Source: Eledone cirrhosa (Eukaryota). From it: DNA of 64,000 nucleotides. How positions within the stretch are numbered: the first letter of the stretch is position 1; every line of letters begins with the position of its first letter. The notes beneath the pieces were generated by a model. It was not told the DNA's origin. It saw only the letters and a program-made list of their open reading frames with translations, and ran no database searches. Positions 12,705-24,387 of this stretch are shown in pieces. Both the position numbers and the translations under genes were made by a program. Location of the stretch: the NCBI GenBank assembly GCA_964016885.1, contig OZ024743.1:268088001-268152000 (forward strand). The letters run 5' to 3'.

Positions 12705-13290
12705 TATTAAAAAAACAGATTAAAGTTTAAGCAAATAATCGCTGCTTTCACCCTTACTGGGATCTTCTGAAACTAACAAAGTCAATCTTTGAACGCAGAA
12801 GTGAATATTTCAAAAAACGTTGCAACCGTTAGTTGCCAGAAAATGTCTCTATGAACCACCTAATAGAATATTAGCCTACGACTTCTTTTATACCATAAAC
12901 GTGGTTTTGTCTTTGCGTGTAATTGTTTTTCACCGCTCCAAATAATGACGTATTATATTCGTTTTTTCCCGTTCTTTGCCAGGGAACTTTTCCACGAACC
13001 AAAGTATCGTCTTCCTGTCTTTATCCGGTTGGAACGTTTTTTGAAATATTTACTTCTGCCTTCACAGATTGACTTTGTCAGTTTCAGAAGATCCCGTTAA
13101 GGGTGAAAGCAGCGATTCCTTGCTTAAACTTTAATCTGTTATTTATAAAATCCAAATAGGGCTCGATAAGGATAAATATATATCAAATATATAAGAACCG
13201 TAGAGCAAATATTTATTAAAATAACAGATTAAAGTTTAAGCAAAGAATCGCTGCTTTCACCCTTAACGGGATCTTCTGAAACTAACAAAT
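12705..13290. mobile_element. Triple (-,+,-) pLTR-like hammerhead element
   Basis: Same unit at 12715-12788(-), 13064-13139(+) and 13224-13289(-). Another copy at 43230-43800. Confidence 0.8.
13064..13139 (+). ncRNA. Extended type I hammerhead-like ribozyme, U4A core variant
   Basis: CAGAUUGA-[CUUUGUC]-AGUUU-CAGAAGA-UCCC-GUUAA-GGGU-GAA-AGCA-gcgauuccu-UGCU-U-AAACU-UUAAUCUG. Confidence 0.65.
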
Positions 13291-13399
13291 ATTTATATTT
13301 ATATATATATGTATATATATGTATATATACATATATATATATATAAATATATATATACATATACATATATATATATATTCATATATTTTCTAACTGCCC

Positions 13400-14720
13400 A
13401 AAGAATTGGTGACCCAAACTTTTTATATATTTGAGGGGATTGTCCATCCGACGACTTTGTACTAAAATGTCATCCTCCATATCTGCTATCAGGAAATCAT
13501 CTAGAGTTCTCTTCTTTTTAGAGTGGTAAATCATCGCGATGTCGATAGACTATTTTGAGGATTTCTTAAACCCGATCACAACAACATCTTCTGATGCACA
13601 CGAGATGCATCTATCGATGACTTATCTATCGGATACCGAGAATACAAAATGATGCGGCAAGTCCTCTGATGAGAATGACATTCGGCTAAATATGTTAAAA
13701 GCCTTAAAACGAGAATTCATTCTTTGGCTGACTCGTGTGTGCTGAGTGCCTGGATCTCCGGAAGGGCTCCAAAACAATGACAATTAGGAGTGATTACCCT
13801 AAGTTTCTAAAAGCAACATAAGAGAGATTGCCCTAAAATAGAGAGGGATTTTCTTGTTAAGCCTTCCTTCTAAATTTGATGTTAAGTGTCTAGCAAAGTG
13901 GTAGCGGGAAAAGTTCAAGCTATCAGACGAATAGTGAGATTTATCCCCCGGTCGTAGCACAACAGAACAGTATATCTTTGAGACATTGTGGGAATATTAC
14001 CAACAGAATATGCATCTTTCTTAGAGCGTGTACCAAGCGACAAGTTTGGGAAGTTTCTGCAGGATTATGAGTTTGATGAACAGCAACTTGTTTGCCCGAA
14101 GTCTCTGCACAAATGTCCTAGTATTTTCGTTCACAAAAACAGTGCTAAGAGGAAATCATTCAATATGGGTGCATAGTGTCACTACTCCTGGTCATAACAG
14201 TCATGAACTGGATTAACATGTGCAGCTGGGCTGGAGGTAGTTTCACAACTGGTGGGTGTAGGACCAAACAGCTAGACATAACAGACGACATGATACTACA
14301 TAAGTCATCAATAGGTGATCTTTGTCATACATTTGGCAGGTTTGCTGTTGAGTGCTGCACGGGAGAATTTGAAATCTGCTGCAAAGACTGAAAAACACGT
14401 ACTCTCAAGGAAGCCACCTCGGTGTACTTTACCTATGAGTGGAGTTTGTCTGAAGCACGTAGAGATATTCAAGGACCTTGGGACCATGTTCATGATTAAT
14501 GGAAGACAGGAGGTTGAAGAAAGTGCAAGATTTACAGGAATTACAGGCAGTAATGCGCCAGTTACAGAAATCGGTCGTAGGAATGAGAGAGTTAAGTGTT
14601 TTAGCCAAATCCTTCACTTGGTATTCACTTCACTTTGGTATTCGTGCCAACCCTTACCTATGGTCATGAATCTTGGGTATTGACCAAAAGAATACGATCG
14701 CAAATAAATTCTGAATTTAA
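13400..14720 (+). pseudogene. Decayed RTE-clade (Rex3/Expander-like) LINE RT region
   Basis: Fragments such as [23 protein letters not shown] and LKHVEIFKDLG, with many stops. Confidence 0.75.
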
Positions 14721-14772
14721 AGTAACGGAAAATATATTCATATATTTTTTGGTTTATATATACATATACATA

Positions 14773-14877
<105 letters not shown>

Positions 14878-14956
14878 GTTATTCTGGGTTGAGTCGGAGG
14901 TAACCACAGTAAGTAAGGTACTCAATACATTGCAGAGTATAAAAGTTTTAATATAG

Positions 14957-15009
14957 ATGAGATTCTACAGGACTAGAACTGTTTCATTCTTTAGAAATCA
15001 TCAGGAATC
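14957..15009 (-). ncRNA. Hammerhead ribozyme motif (antisense arm of palindrome)
   Basis: Exact reverse complement of 15016-15068. Confidence 0.75.
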
Positions 15010-15011
15010 AG

Positions 15012-15180
<169 letters not shown>

Positions 15181-15281
15181 CATTGAGGTTGGTAATGGCA
15201 CATGGAATATATAAGAGACAGAATACTTTTTTGTGAAAAGACATATAATTTTATAAGGTAAGGAAAGAATAAAGGGTATAA

Positions 15282-15329
15282 AAAATGACCGGTTTCGATG
15301 GGTCTGCAAAAGCCATCTTTTCAAATTTT
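15282..15329 (-). ncRNA. Degenerate minimal hammerhead motif
   Basis: Reverse complement reads AAAAU-UUGAAAA-GAUGG...CCAUC-GAAAC-CG-GUC-AUUUU, with palindromic ACCGGU stem III and a mutated core. Confidence 0.55.
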
Positions 15330-15677
15330 GATTAATATTAAGAAAAATTAATAATAAGAAGAGTTAAAATTTGAGATTTGAAAATTCAAGTATAAAATTC
15401 AGTGTGGGATTTCATAGTAGTTTTCATCTTGGTAGCAGCAAGTTGACTGCTGTGTGTCCCTTTCTGGTAGTGAATGAGGAATTATTTGTGGGGAGTAGTT
15501 TTTTTTAAAGATTTAGCAATGGCCAGATGGCCAGCTGCTGGTCAGTGAGGGGGTGGAAGCAATATACATACATATATCTCCATGTGGTCGGTAGGAGAGG
15601 GGAGAGTGATAGAAAGGGATTTAGTGCACTTACACCTATATATACACATACCCTCATCCACACACACATACATATAC

Positions 15678-15752
<75 letters not shown>

Positions 15753-16560
15753 TACATACACACACACATAAACATATACATACACACATACACACACACA
15801 CACACATACACATACATACATCCACATGCACACACATACACACACACACACACATACACATACATACACCCACACACATAGAGAAATGGCCTCCAAATAT
15901 ATATATATACATACATACACATATTGTTTCCATAATATAAGAAGTTAGAACAGTGAAATTAAAATACAAGTCATTCTGATCACATTGAGTTATTCATGTA
16001 GATTGGGCCCCGCAACCGACAGTGGTGAATTCTGTGTGCGCATATATATATATAGATATATGTGTGTGCACGTGCAGGGTTTAACATGGATGTGTTGGTC
16101 ACACAAAGGCATGGTCTGTCAACGAATAAACCTGATTCTACAGAATTGGTCTCTGGTCTTTAATAGTAGTGATAATTATATACATGCACACATACACACA
16201 CATATATATATAATGATATAATGTATATATACATATATATGTATATATGCGTGCTGTGTGTGTTTGTATGTATATACTTTTATACTCATGAATATAAAAA
16301 AAATATATAAATTTTATGTGGCAGGTGTCATCCATGTAAAATAATATCGCAGTGAGACTTATGGATAAATAACAATTAAACATTGAAATTTAATTCTGAC
16401 TGTGTGATTGCGCAGAAATCTGAAAATTTGTTAAAAGCAAGCTATGATAAATCCGATTAATTTAATAGGATTATTATGTTAATCTGATGTTTCTTCTCCG
16501 AACATAAATGTGTAGTGTGTTATAGTCGGAAAAGTTAAAGTTACAATGTTACATATATAA

Positions 16561-16598
<38 letters not shown>

Positions 16599-16866
16599 AT
16601 GTGTGTGTGCGTGTGTGTGTATGTGTGTGAGTGTACGTATGTTTGTCTGTGTATATGTATATAAAATGCTCACTTTTCAAAAATGAATATTACAATAAAG
16701 ATGCTTCGCTAATCATGCATTTCTTTACGGATACATACAGTATTTATATGTATTGGTGTGTGTAAGCACGTATATATATATATGTGTGTATGTATCTGTG
16801 TGTATGTATCTGTAATAAAATATGTATACATATTTATTCAGATGCATAGATATAGATAAATGTGTG

Positions 16867-16942
<76 letters not shown>

Positions 16943-17239
16943 TATATGTGGGGTGGGGTGGAAGGTATGTGTGTGTGTGTGTGTGTATGTACATCGAGAG
17001 AGAGACAGAAGGTAGAGAGAGAAAGATTGACAGATTCAATTCTTATGTATCTGTATATTTTATACAATTATATATATTTATATGAAAAAATCTACATTTA
17101 CAAAACCCAAAATAAACAACTAACAGCTATGTATATTCATAATAAATACCCACACATACGATTAATATATATAAATAGATGAATATTTTAATATAAATAT
17201 ATGATTATGCACACACACATACACACACACACATACAGA

Positions 17240-17278
<39 letters not shown>

Positions 17279-17747
17279 CTAGGTATAAGCATTGGAAGCT
17301 GTTAAAAGGGTACGTAGTCTCTGTTGATTGTCAGCAAAGCTGTTATTCACGTTTCTATTCCATTCTTCCTTCCCGACCCTCTTATTTGAAACTTATGTCA
17401 TTTCGAAATTACACGCCTTTTGGCCCCCGACGACTATAACCTGTCATTTGGCTTGTGGCGTTTACTTAACATTCTGCAGAGATAACTGAGTTGGAATCAC
17501 CCGGAGATATTTAAATGCATTAGTCTTACGTCTTTCTCTATATGCTTTGCTCACACACACACACATACACCCACACACACACACGCAAACACACATACAC
17601 ACGTTACTTCCATACTTCTATAAATTGTCTTCAGACTTTTTATATTTTTTTTATCTTCCTTTCTACAGTTCTTCCCATATTTACATTACTTAAGCAAATA
17701 TACACATACTTAAATGATTATTTACATTTGCATCTATATATATATAT

Positions 17748-17861
<114 letters not shown>

Positions 17862-18270
17862 TGTGTTTGTGTGTGTTTGTGTGTGTGTGTGTGTGTGTGT
17901 ATGCAGACATATGGAGGCTCAGACACACACATAACCATATATAAACATAAGCAAAATAGTTATTATAAATTGTCCTGTTCCTTTTCATATCTGCTCGTAA
18001 GTAGGTTATTATCTCTTTCGGATCAAATCACTTTTAATAATTTATCTTTATCAATGAAATATATAACTATATTTGTAAAATAAAGAATGATGTCAGATTA
18101 TGAAAATAAGAAATAATAATAAGATTTCATCTTAACGAATCAAAAGGTTACTGCAATTTGCAGATGAATATCGGTTCAGAGCGTAAACAATATATGTATA
18201 AATATGTATATAAATATGTACCGACACACATTCACACGTGTACATATATATGTGTGTGTATGTATGTATG

Positions 18271-18315
<45 letters not shown>

Positions 18316-18339
18316 TATATATATATATATATATATATA

Positions 18340-18409
<70 letters not shown>

Positions 18410-18535
18410 GGTATATATATATATATATATATATACATATACATACATACATACACATACACATATATATACACGTGTGAATGTGTGTAGGTACACATAT
18501 ATATATATATACACATAAATATTTTCGTATATATA

Positions 18536-18918
18536 CTCTCGGGTCCCAATAATAGAAGAAATGAAATAAACGTTGGGGGGGCGGGGGGTCATATAGCTGG
18601 ATGTGTTGGAATAGGTCGCGGGGACCGAGGGGGGTGCAAAATCGGTCATTTTTCTAGGCTGTCTCCATTGAATTGTTTTTGCAACGAGAATTACTCGTTT
18701 ACTTTACATATTGAAACCCCAACCCATCCTATTTATTTTATAAAGTATAGGATTTATAATAATGTACTTTTTTGTCAGGTATAATGTTTTTTTAATGTCT
18801 AAAGAAATTTCATTGTCACATGAATGGTACCACTTAAAAGAAAATGTTGTTAGAGATAGATTAGCAAAATGTAATAATCGTGAGGGTGAGGGTGGGGCGA
18901 TTATTCGAGTACCACGAG
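18536..18918. mobile_element. Possible degenerate TA-flanked MITE
   Basis: Weak TIR similarity: ctctcgggtcccaataatag versus reverse-complement ctcgtggtactcgaataatcg. Both ends are preceded by TA. Confidence 0.3.
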
Positions 18919-19322
18919 TACGTATATGAACCCGGGATGTATATATATATATATATATATATACACATACATACATACTTTTGTATATATAATCTCGGGT
19001 CACAAATAATAAAAGAAATATACGCACGCACACACACATATATATTCCAACAGTAATGATTGCATTCTTTAAGGGTATGTCAATATTTATTTATAAAACT
19101 GCTCTATATTATATTTTATCTGATGAAAGCACACCATAATTTAACTTGATTTCCTTGAAATATGTATAATGAAATAAATATGGTTTTATAAATATAGTTT
19201 CGATTTGTTAATATCGTATTTTTCTCCAATTATTTGTTGAGTGCTTTATATCAGTTATAAAAATATTTGCTTGTTGTATCCAAACAATTTAAATAGAACT
19301 TTTACATATATATATATATATT

Positions 19323-19667
19323 CCCAACAGCCACTCTCTCTCTGTCCGGCATGCCTTCCGCTGCACCTCCTCCAACCTAGTCTACGGACTTCGCTGCACA
19401 GAGTGCAGCCCGACTTATGTCGGACAGACGGGACGTCGCCTGGCGGGCCGATTCACTGAGCACCTCCGGGATATTCGTCTCGGGGGTAGTTCCCCCATCG
19501 CCCGCCACTTTGGTGGCCCTGGACATTCCGCACGCCATCTCACAGTCTGTGGCCTACTCCAGTGCCACGGAACACCCGCCAATCGCCTTAGGGTCGAACA
19601 ACGAACTATCTTCATCTTACAGACCCACACTTCCCCCAGCCTGAACTCCCCACCCTTATTCCTTTAA
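19323..19667 (+). pseudogene. GIY-YIG endonuclease domain (open frame lacking a start codon)
   Basis: Manual translation: ...FRCTSSNLVYGLRCTECSPTYVGQTGRRLAGRFTEHLRDIR...IARHF...RLRVEQRTIFILQTHTSPSLN...*. Confidence 0.9.
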
Positions 19668-21161
19668 CCTTCGACCCCCCCCCTCCTCCCACACTTATCT
19701 CCCACTAACACCACTAACACACCCCTCCTTTTCACCGCCAACCCCACAACTAACAATACTAACACCTCCACTCCACGCCTCATCGGACCACCCTTCCCCA
19801 ACTAACATACTAACATCCCTCCCTTCTTCTCCTCCTCCCCCTCCTTATCACACGCACACACCAACCGGCACATATATACACGCGCTCACACTAAACACAC
19901 ACCCTACTACCACCACTAACCCTCACCCCCACACCTCTCACCCCACACCTCCATCCCACCACCCCGCAACTAACCTCACTAACACCCCCTAACCCCAAGC
20001 ACACGCACACACGCACCCACTTACACCACCCACCCCACACGCAACTAACATCACTAACACCCCCAACCCCACGCACACGTACCCACACACCCTCGTACAC
20101 CACCAACTCTACACACCCTACCACCACTAACCCCCACTCACACCTGCATTCAACCCCTCCCCACCTCCCGTATACTAACACACACTAACACCCCTTCATC
20201 AAACTACACACACACAAGTACACCACACTCCCTCCATAGAACCACACACACCCTTCTCTCCCCGCTCCACCCACACCCTCGCTCCACACTCACTCATCCC
20301 ACTAACACCTCTACTAATACACACACACACACACACCCTCCTCACTCCAACTTTCAGACCTACCCATCCTCGCCCCTTTACCATTCCACCGACAGCTGCT
20401 ATGCCCTCTGACCACCTCCCAGCACAAACAGACACACAGCACTCCCACTGCTTGACCACTTCCTGTTGTGCGCGCACGCCACATCTCTCCTCTTCCGACC
20501 ATCGCTTCATGGAATACTCGCACGTAGAAATTGACCACCACAGAATCCACTAAACACCTTTGGATTTTACCAACTTTTCAACCATCCTCTTACGTAATCA
20601 CCTATATAACTCACCCACACACACACACCCCCAAACATTTTTTTTTCTCCACACGCCACCTACAACCACAACACGCTTAAACCCCACACACACGTGCTTT
20701 CCACCACATATTTACACCCTCAGCCTCTCCCCCCACTCCTCTATCCACACACGCACAGACACTCCGACCCCCCCCCCACGCACCTCTTCCTGAACATGCA
20801 ACCCCGTTCTTCCCCCAAACCTTACTTTCACATACACACACAGACACACACACGTACACCTACACACACACACCACCTTCAGCCCTCCCCGCTCGGACAC
20901 CCCGTCTCCCTCTCCCCACTCCACCCGCCACCACCCCTACACACCCCCACCACCCTTCCACCACCTGTTTCACCGCCCTTTTAATTTCAGTTTATTTTGA
21001 TCATGCTTTTATCTTTAAATTTATTTCATTCCTTGTATTTTGATCATGCTTTATTTTTATTTTTATTTTTATTTTTTTCATTCGCACCGTTTCCTTTCGC
21101 TATATGTCTCTCCACCACTCCCCTACACACCCTTTGAACTCTGTTCCCACACACTTCTCAC

Positions 21162-21191
21162 CTGAGGAAGGGCTTATGCCTGCAACGTCGT
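21162..21191 (+). ncRNA. Degenerate PLE hammerhead motif
   Basis: CTGAGGA-agggc-ttat-gcct-GCAAC-GTC, with GAAA mutated to GCAA. Confidence 0.55.
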
Positions 21192-21297
21192 CCCCCACCA
21201 ACACCCCACTCTCCAGAGCGTGAAATTAATAAACATTCGTTGTACTGCCTCTCTGTTTTGTCCCTGTTCAAATTTTTCCATTGTATATATATATATA

Positions 21298-21880
21298 TGA
21301 ATTAGTTTTGCGAGGTTTTTGATATGAAATCGTGTGTCGAAACAAATATTGTAATACTTGGGGAGGGTCATATTGCCAGAATTAATAACAGAGCACACTC
21401 ACTGTTTGTTTGGTTTTCGCTTCTGTGTCTTTTATATCGGTTAATTTAATTTATTCGGTCCTCAATGTTACCATTGACTGACCAACGGTCAAAAATATAG
21501 ATACAATATAGACACAAACACATATAAATAGTCTAACAAAGTTCTTTCGTTGCACATCTGCAAACGCATGCGCAGAGAAGACAAAAAAATAAACAAATAA
21601 ATAAATAAATAAACAGACTAAATAAAGATGGCGTAAGCATACAATACACCGGGAGGAAACATAATAGCACCACTGAAGATGTTGCAGATGTGCAACGAAA
21701 GAACTTTGTTAGACTATATATGTGTGTGTGTCTATATTATATCTGTATGTTTGACCGTTGGTCAGTCAATGGTAACATTGAGGACCGAATAAATTATATT
21801 AACCGATATAAAAGACACAGAAGCGAAAACCAACCAAAAAGTGAGTGTGTTCTGTTATTAATTCTGCCAATATTATTACA
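21298..21880. mobile_element. Fold-back element with 3' half hammerhead-like motif
   Basis: Inverted arms ~21372-21560 and ~21690-21875, with cGAAAC-aa-ata-tt-GTA near 21338. Second copy at 55800-56232. Confidence 0.7.
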
Positions 21881-21964
21881 CAAATATATATACATATATA
21901 TATATATATATATTATATGTGTGTGTGTCTATGTGTCTGTGTGTATGTGTGTCTGTGTGCATCT

Positions 21965-22770
21965 TCGTCTTCTTCGTTCACTTATTTATGAGCGAGTCAT
22001 GAGAGCAGATTCCACAAACACTCCTTCTAGATGGTCCTCTCAGCCGGACTCATGAATATTATCTAACCACCTTTCTTGGGGTCTACCCCTGAGTCTCCAG
22101 TGATTCTTTACTGCAATATTCTGCTAATATCGAAGCTGTAATCTTTCAGTTCAAAGTAGAAACGGATCTACCTACATAAACCCTCTGATCTTTGAGCTCC
22201 ACTCTCTCGGGTAAAGATACACCAACGACCCTTCTTAAGAACACTATTTCGGCCGCTTGTATTCGCAATCGTATTCTTTCTGTCATTAGCCATGACCATA
22301 GGTAAGTGTTTGCCCGAATATCAAATTAAAGAAAGCGTGTTTGGCTTTTATAACTCCCTCTATTCTTCTGATTACCGAATGATGAATCTGACGCATTACG
22401 GCACCAGCTCCAGGAGTTCTTACACTTAATTCAGCATCCTACGTTCTATCATTTGTAAACACAGACTCGAGATATGTGAACAACTTCATTCATATCTAGA
22501 GTTCACTAACAACCTTTAGAGGACGAGTTTCTCAGTCTTCCCAATATTGATTATCACTCCAGCCGTGCAACACTCGGCATCAAATCTATCAAGTGCATGT
22601 CGGCATTCAACTTCTGAAAAGTTAAGTAGTACCATGTCGTCTTCCAAATCCAGCCCCATGATGCTACACTCACCAGTCGTAATAAGTCTTCCAACCAGGG
22701 GGCGCATGTCAATCCTGTTCATGAAGATTATAAACGAGAGAGATATCAAATTGCAGTGTTTTGGTGATCT
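21965..22770 (-). pseudogene. Decayed RTE-clade LINE 3' part
   Basis: ORF 22516-22749 (FIIFMNRI...LEDDMVLL...LDRFDAECCTAGVIINIGKTE) and a downstream TLTYGH motif. Confidence 0.75.
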
Positions 22771-23015
22771 TATTCACTCCAGTCACAAATTCGTTTGCTA
22801 TTTTTCCTCAGGTGCTTATTTAGAAGCAGCGTTTACACACCTCGTCATAGCCACATCAGTGGGTTTAGAATATTTCCTTGGGTGCTAACAAAGTCACATA
22901 TTTATCTATCTTCTCCAGTATTTCCCCCTTTATTTCCCGCATATATCTCAACAAACCATCAAATGTGGTGATTGTATCGCTATCCGCCACCTGCGATCCG
23001 TTCTCTAGCAGAACA

Positions 23016-23057
23016 CCTCTGCTTCGGTAGCACATATACTAAAGAATAAAAATACAG
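23016..23057 (+). pseudogene. U6 snRNA 5' fragment
   Basis: gcttcggtagcacatatactaaa matches U6 GCTTCGGCAGCACATATACTAAA with one mismatch. No ACAGAGA box or 3' part follows. Confidence 0.7.
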
Positions 23058-23154
23058 TAGCTTTTATTTACCTTTTTTTAGTTCACCTTCGGTTACACAT
23101 GTACTTATATGATTAGTTAAGATAATATTACATTTCTTTCAAACTGACTCCATA

Positions 23155-23510
23155 ATAATTGTTTCTACGCTAGGCACAAGGCCAGCAATTATCCAGTGCA
23201 TTACTGGTACTTTATTTTATCGACCCCGTATGGATGAAAGGCAAAGTCAACCTCGGCTGGATTTGAACTCAGATCGTAAAGGGACGTAACTATGCTGGAA
23301 AGCATGGCGTCCGACCCTTTACCGATACTTGTTTCTACTTTAGGCACAAGGCCAGCAATTACCCAGTGCATTACTGGTACTTTATTTTATCGACCCCGTA
23401 AGGATGAAAGGCAAAGTCAACCTCGGCGGGATTTGAACTCAGATCGTAAAGGGACGTAACTATGCTTGAAAGCATGGCGTCCGACCCTCTACCGATACTG
23501 CCAATCCACC
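23155..23510 (-). mobile_element. Two tandem SINE copies
   Basis: SINE reverse complements at ~23155-23328 and ~23330-23510. Confidence 0.9.
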
Positions 23511-23538
23511 TACATAATAATGGAATATTCTCATACGA

Positions 23539-23619
<81 letters not shown>

Positions 23620-23621
<2 letters not shown>

Positions 23622-24225
23622 TGGCTGCCAACTCGTTTTCGAGTACGGCCACTACTTTATATCCATGTAGGAGAACCTCTACCAATGCGCTGAACGAATG
23701 TGACTTTTTAGTCCAGCCAGCGACTTGAAAACTCTGGTACAAACACTACACTTGTGACAATTATTGACACATAGTGCTGGGCCCATGGTACCATGTGACG
23801 ACAAGTGCAGAGAGATCTCCAGATATAAAGCAATGCCTGTGCTGTGAAGCTTTTATAGTGAGCAAAGGCACTGCACAAAGCCAGTCCCACTCTCTTAACC
23901 AAGATGATATTTACCAAAAAGAAGAACAATTCAACATCATTGGATACCATCAGGGTTGCAGGTGTTATATCAGAGTTTTCCTTCTCCTAGAATTCTGCCT
24001 TGACAAAGGCTAAGGGGTCATCTCTCCCGGTGATTTTGGATGGCATTGACTCTTAAGAGCTCCTTTACCCTTTGACAGGTTTTGTTTTTAGTCCTGCAGG
24101 ATGTCCAAAGTCACCCTCCTCACCAAGAAACCTTGGTGGGGTTGCCAGTTTAATCGCCAACGACCCGACCATGAGACAGGTTGTACTGGGATACATGTTA
24201 TCAGTAGCACCAACTGGTGACCTGA
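23620..24225 (-). mobile_element. Probable 5' region of an RTE-type LINE in (TA)n
   Basis: Reverse complement contains aaactggcaacccca and ctaggagaaggaaaactctga, which resemble RTE 5' UTR motifs (recalled, not searched). Confidence 0.45.
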
Positions 24226-24329
24226 CATATATATATATATACATACATATAGTCGGGACTTTGGAGAAAATATAGTTATATTTTTGTCTATTCTTTCCTC
24301 ACATTTATAATTTGATATATCTCTATACA

Positions 24330-24383
<54 letters not shown>

Positions 24384-24387
<4 letters not shown>

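Larger units (their letters stand above)
19321..21283 (+). mobile_element. 5'-truncated Penelope-like element (Neptune-like) in (TA)n
   Basis: GIY-YIG reading frame, C/A-rich 3' UTR, hammerhead-like motif at 21162-21191, AATAAA near 21228, and TA runs on both sides. Confidence 0.85.

Noticed and set aside
19116-19170. ctgatga-aag...ctt-gaaa-tatgta hammerhead-like string (also the one at 2305-2340, minus strand)
   Set aside because: Stem I pairing is poor here and the GAAA box is absent at 2305-2340, so these were not listed as ribozymes.
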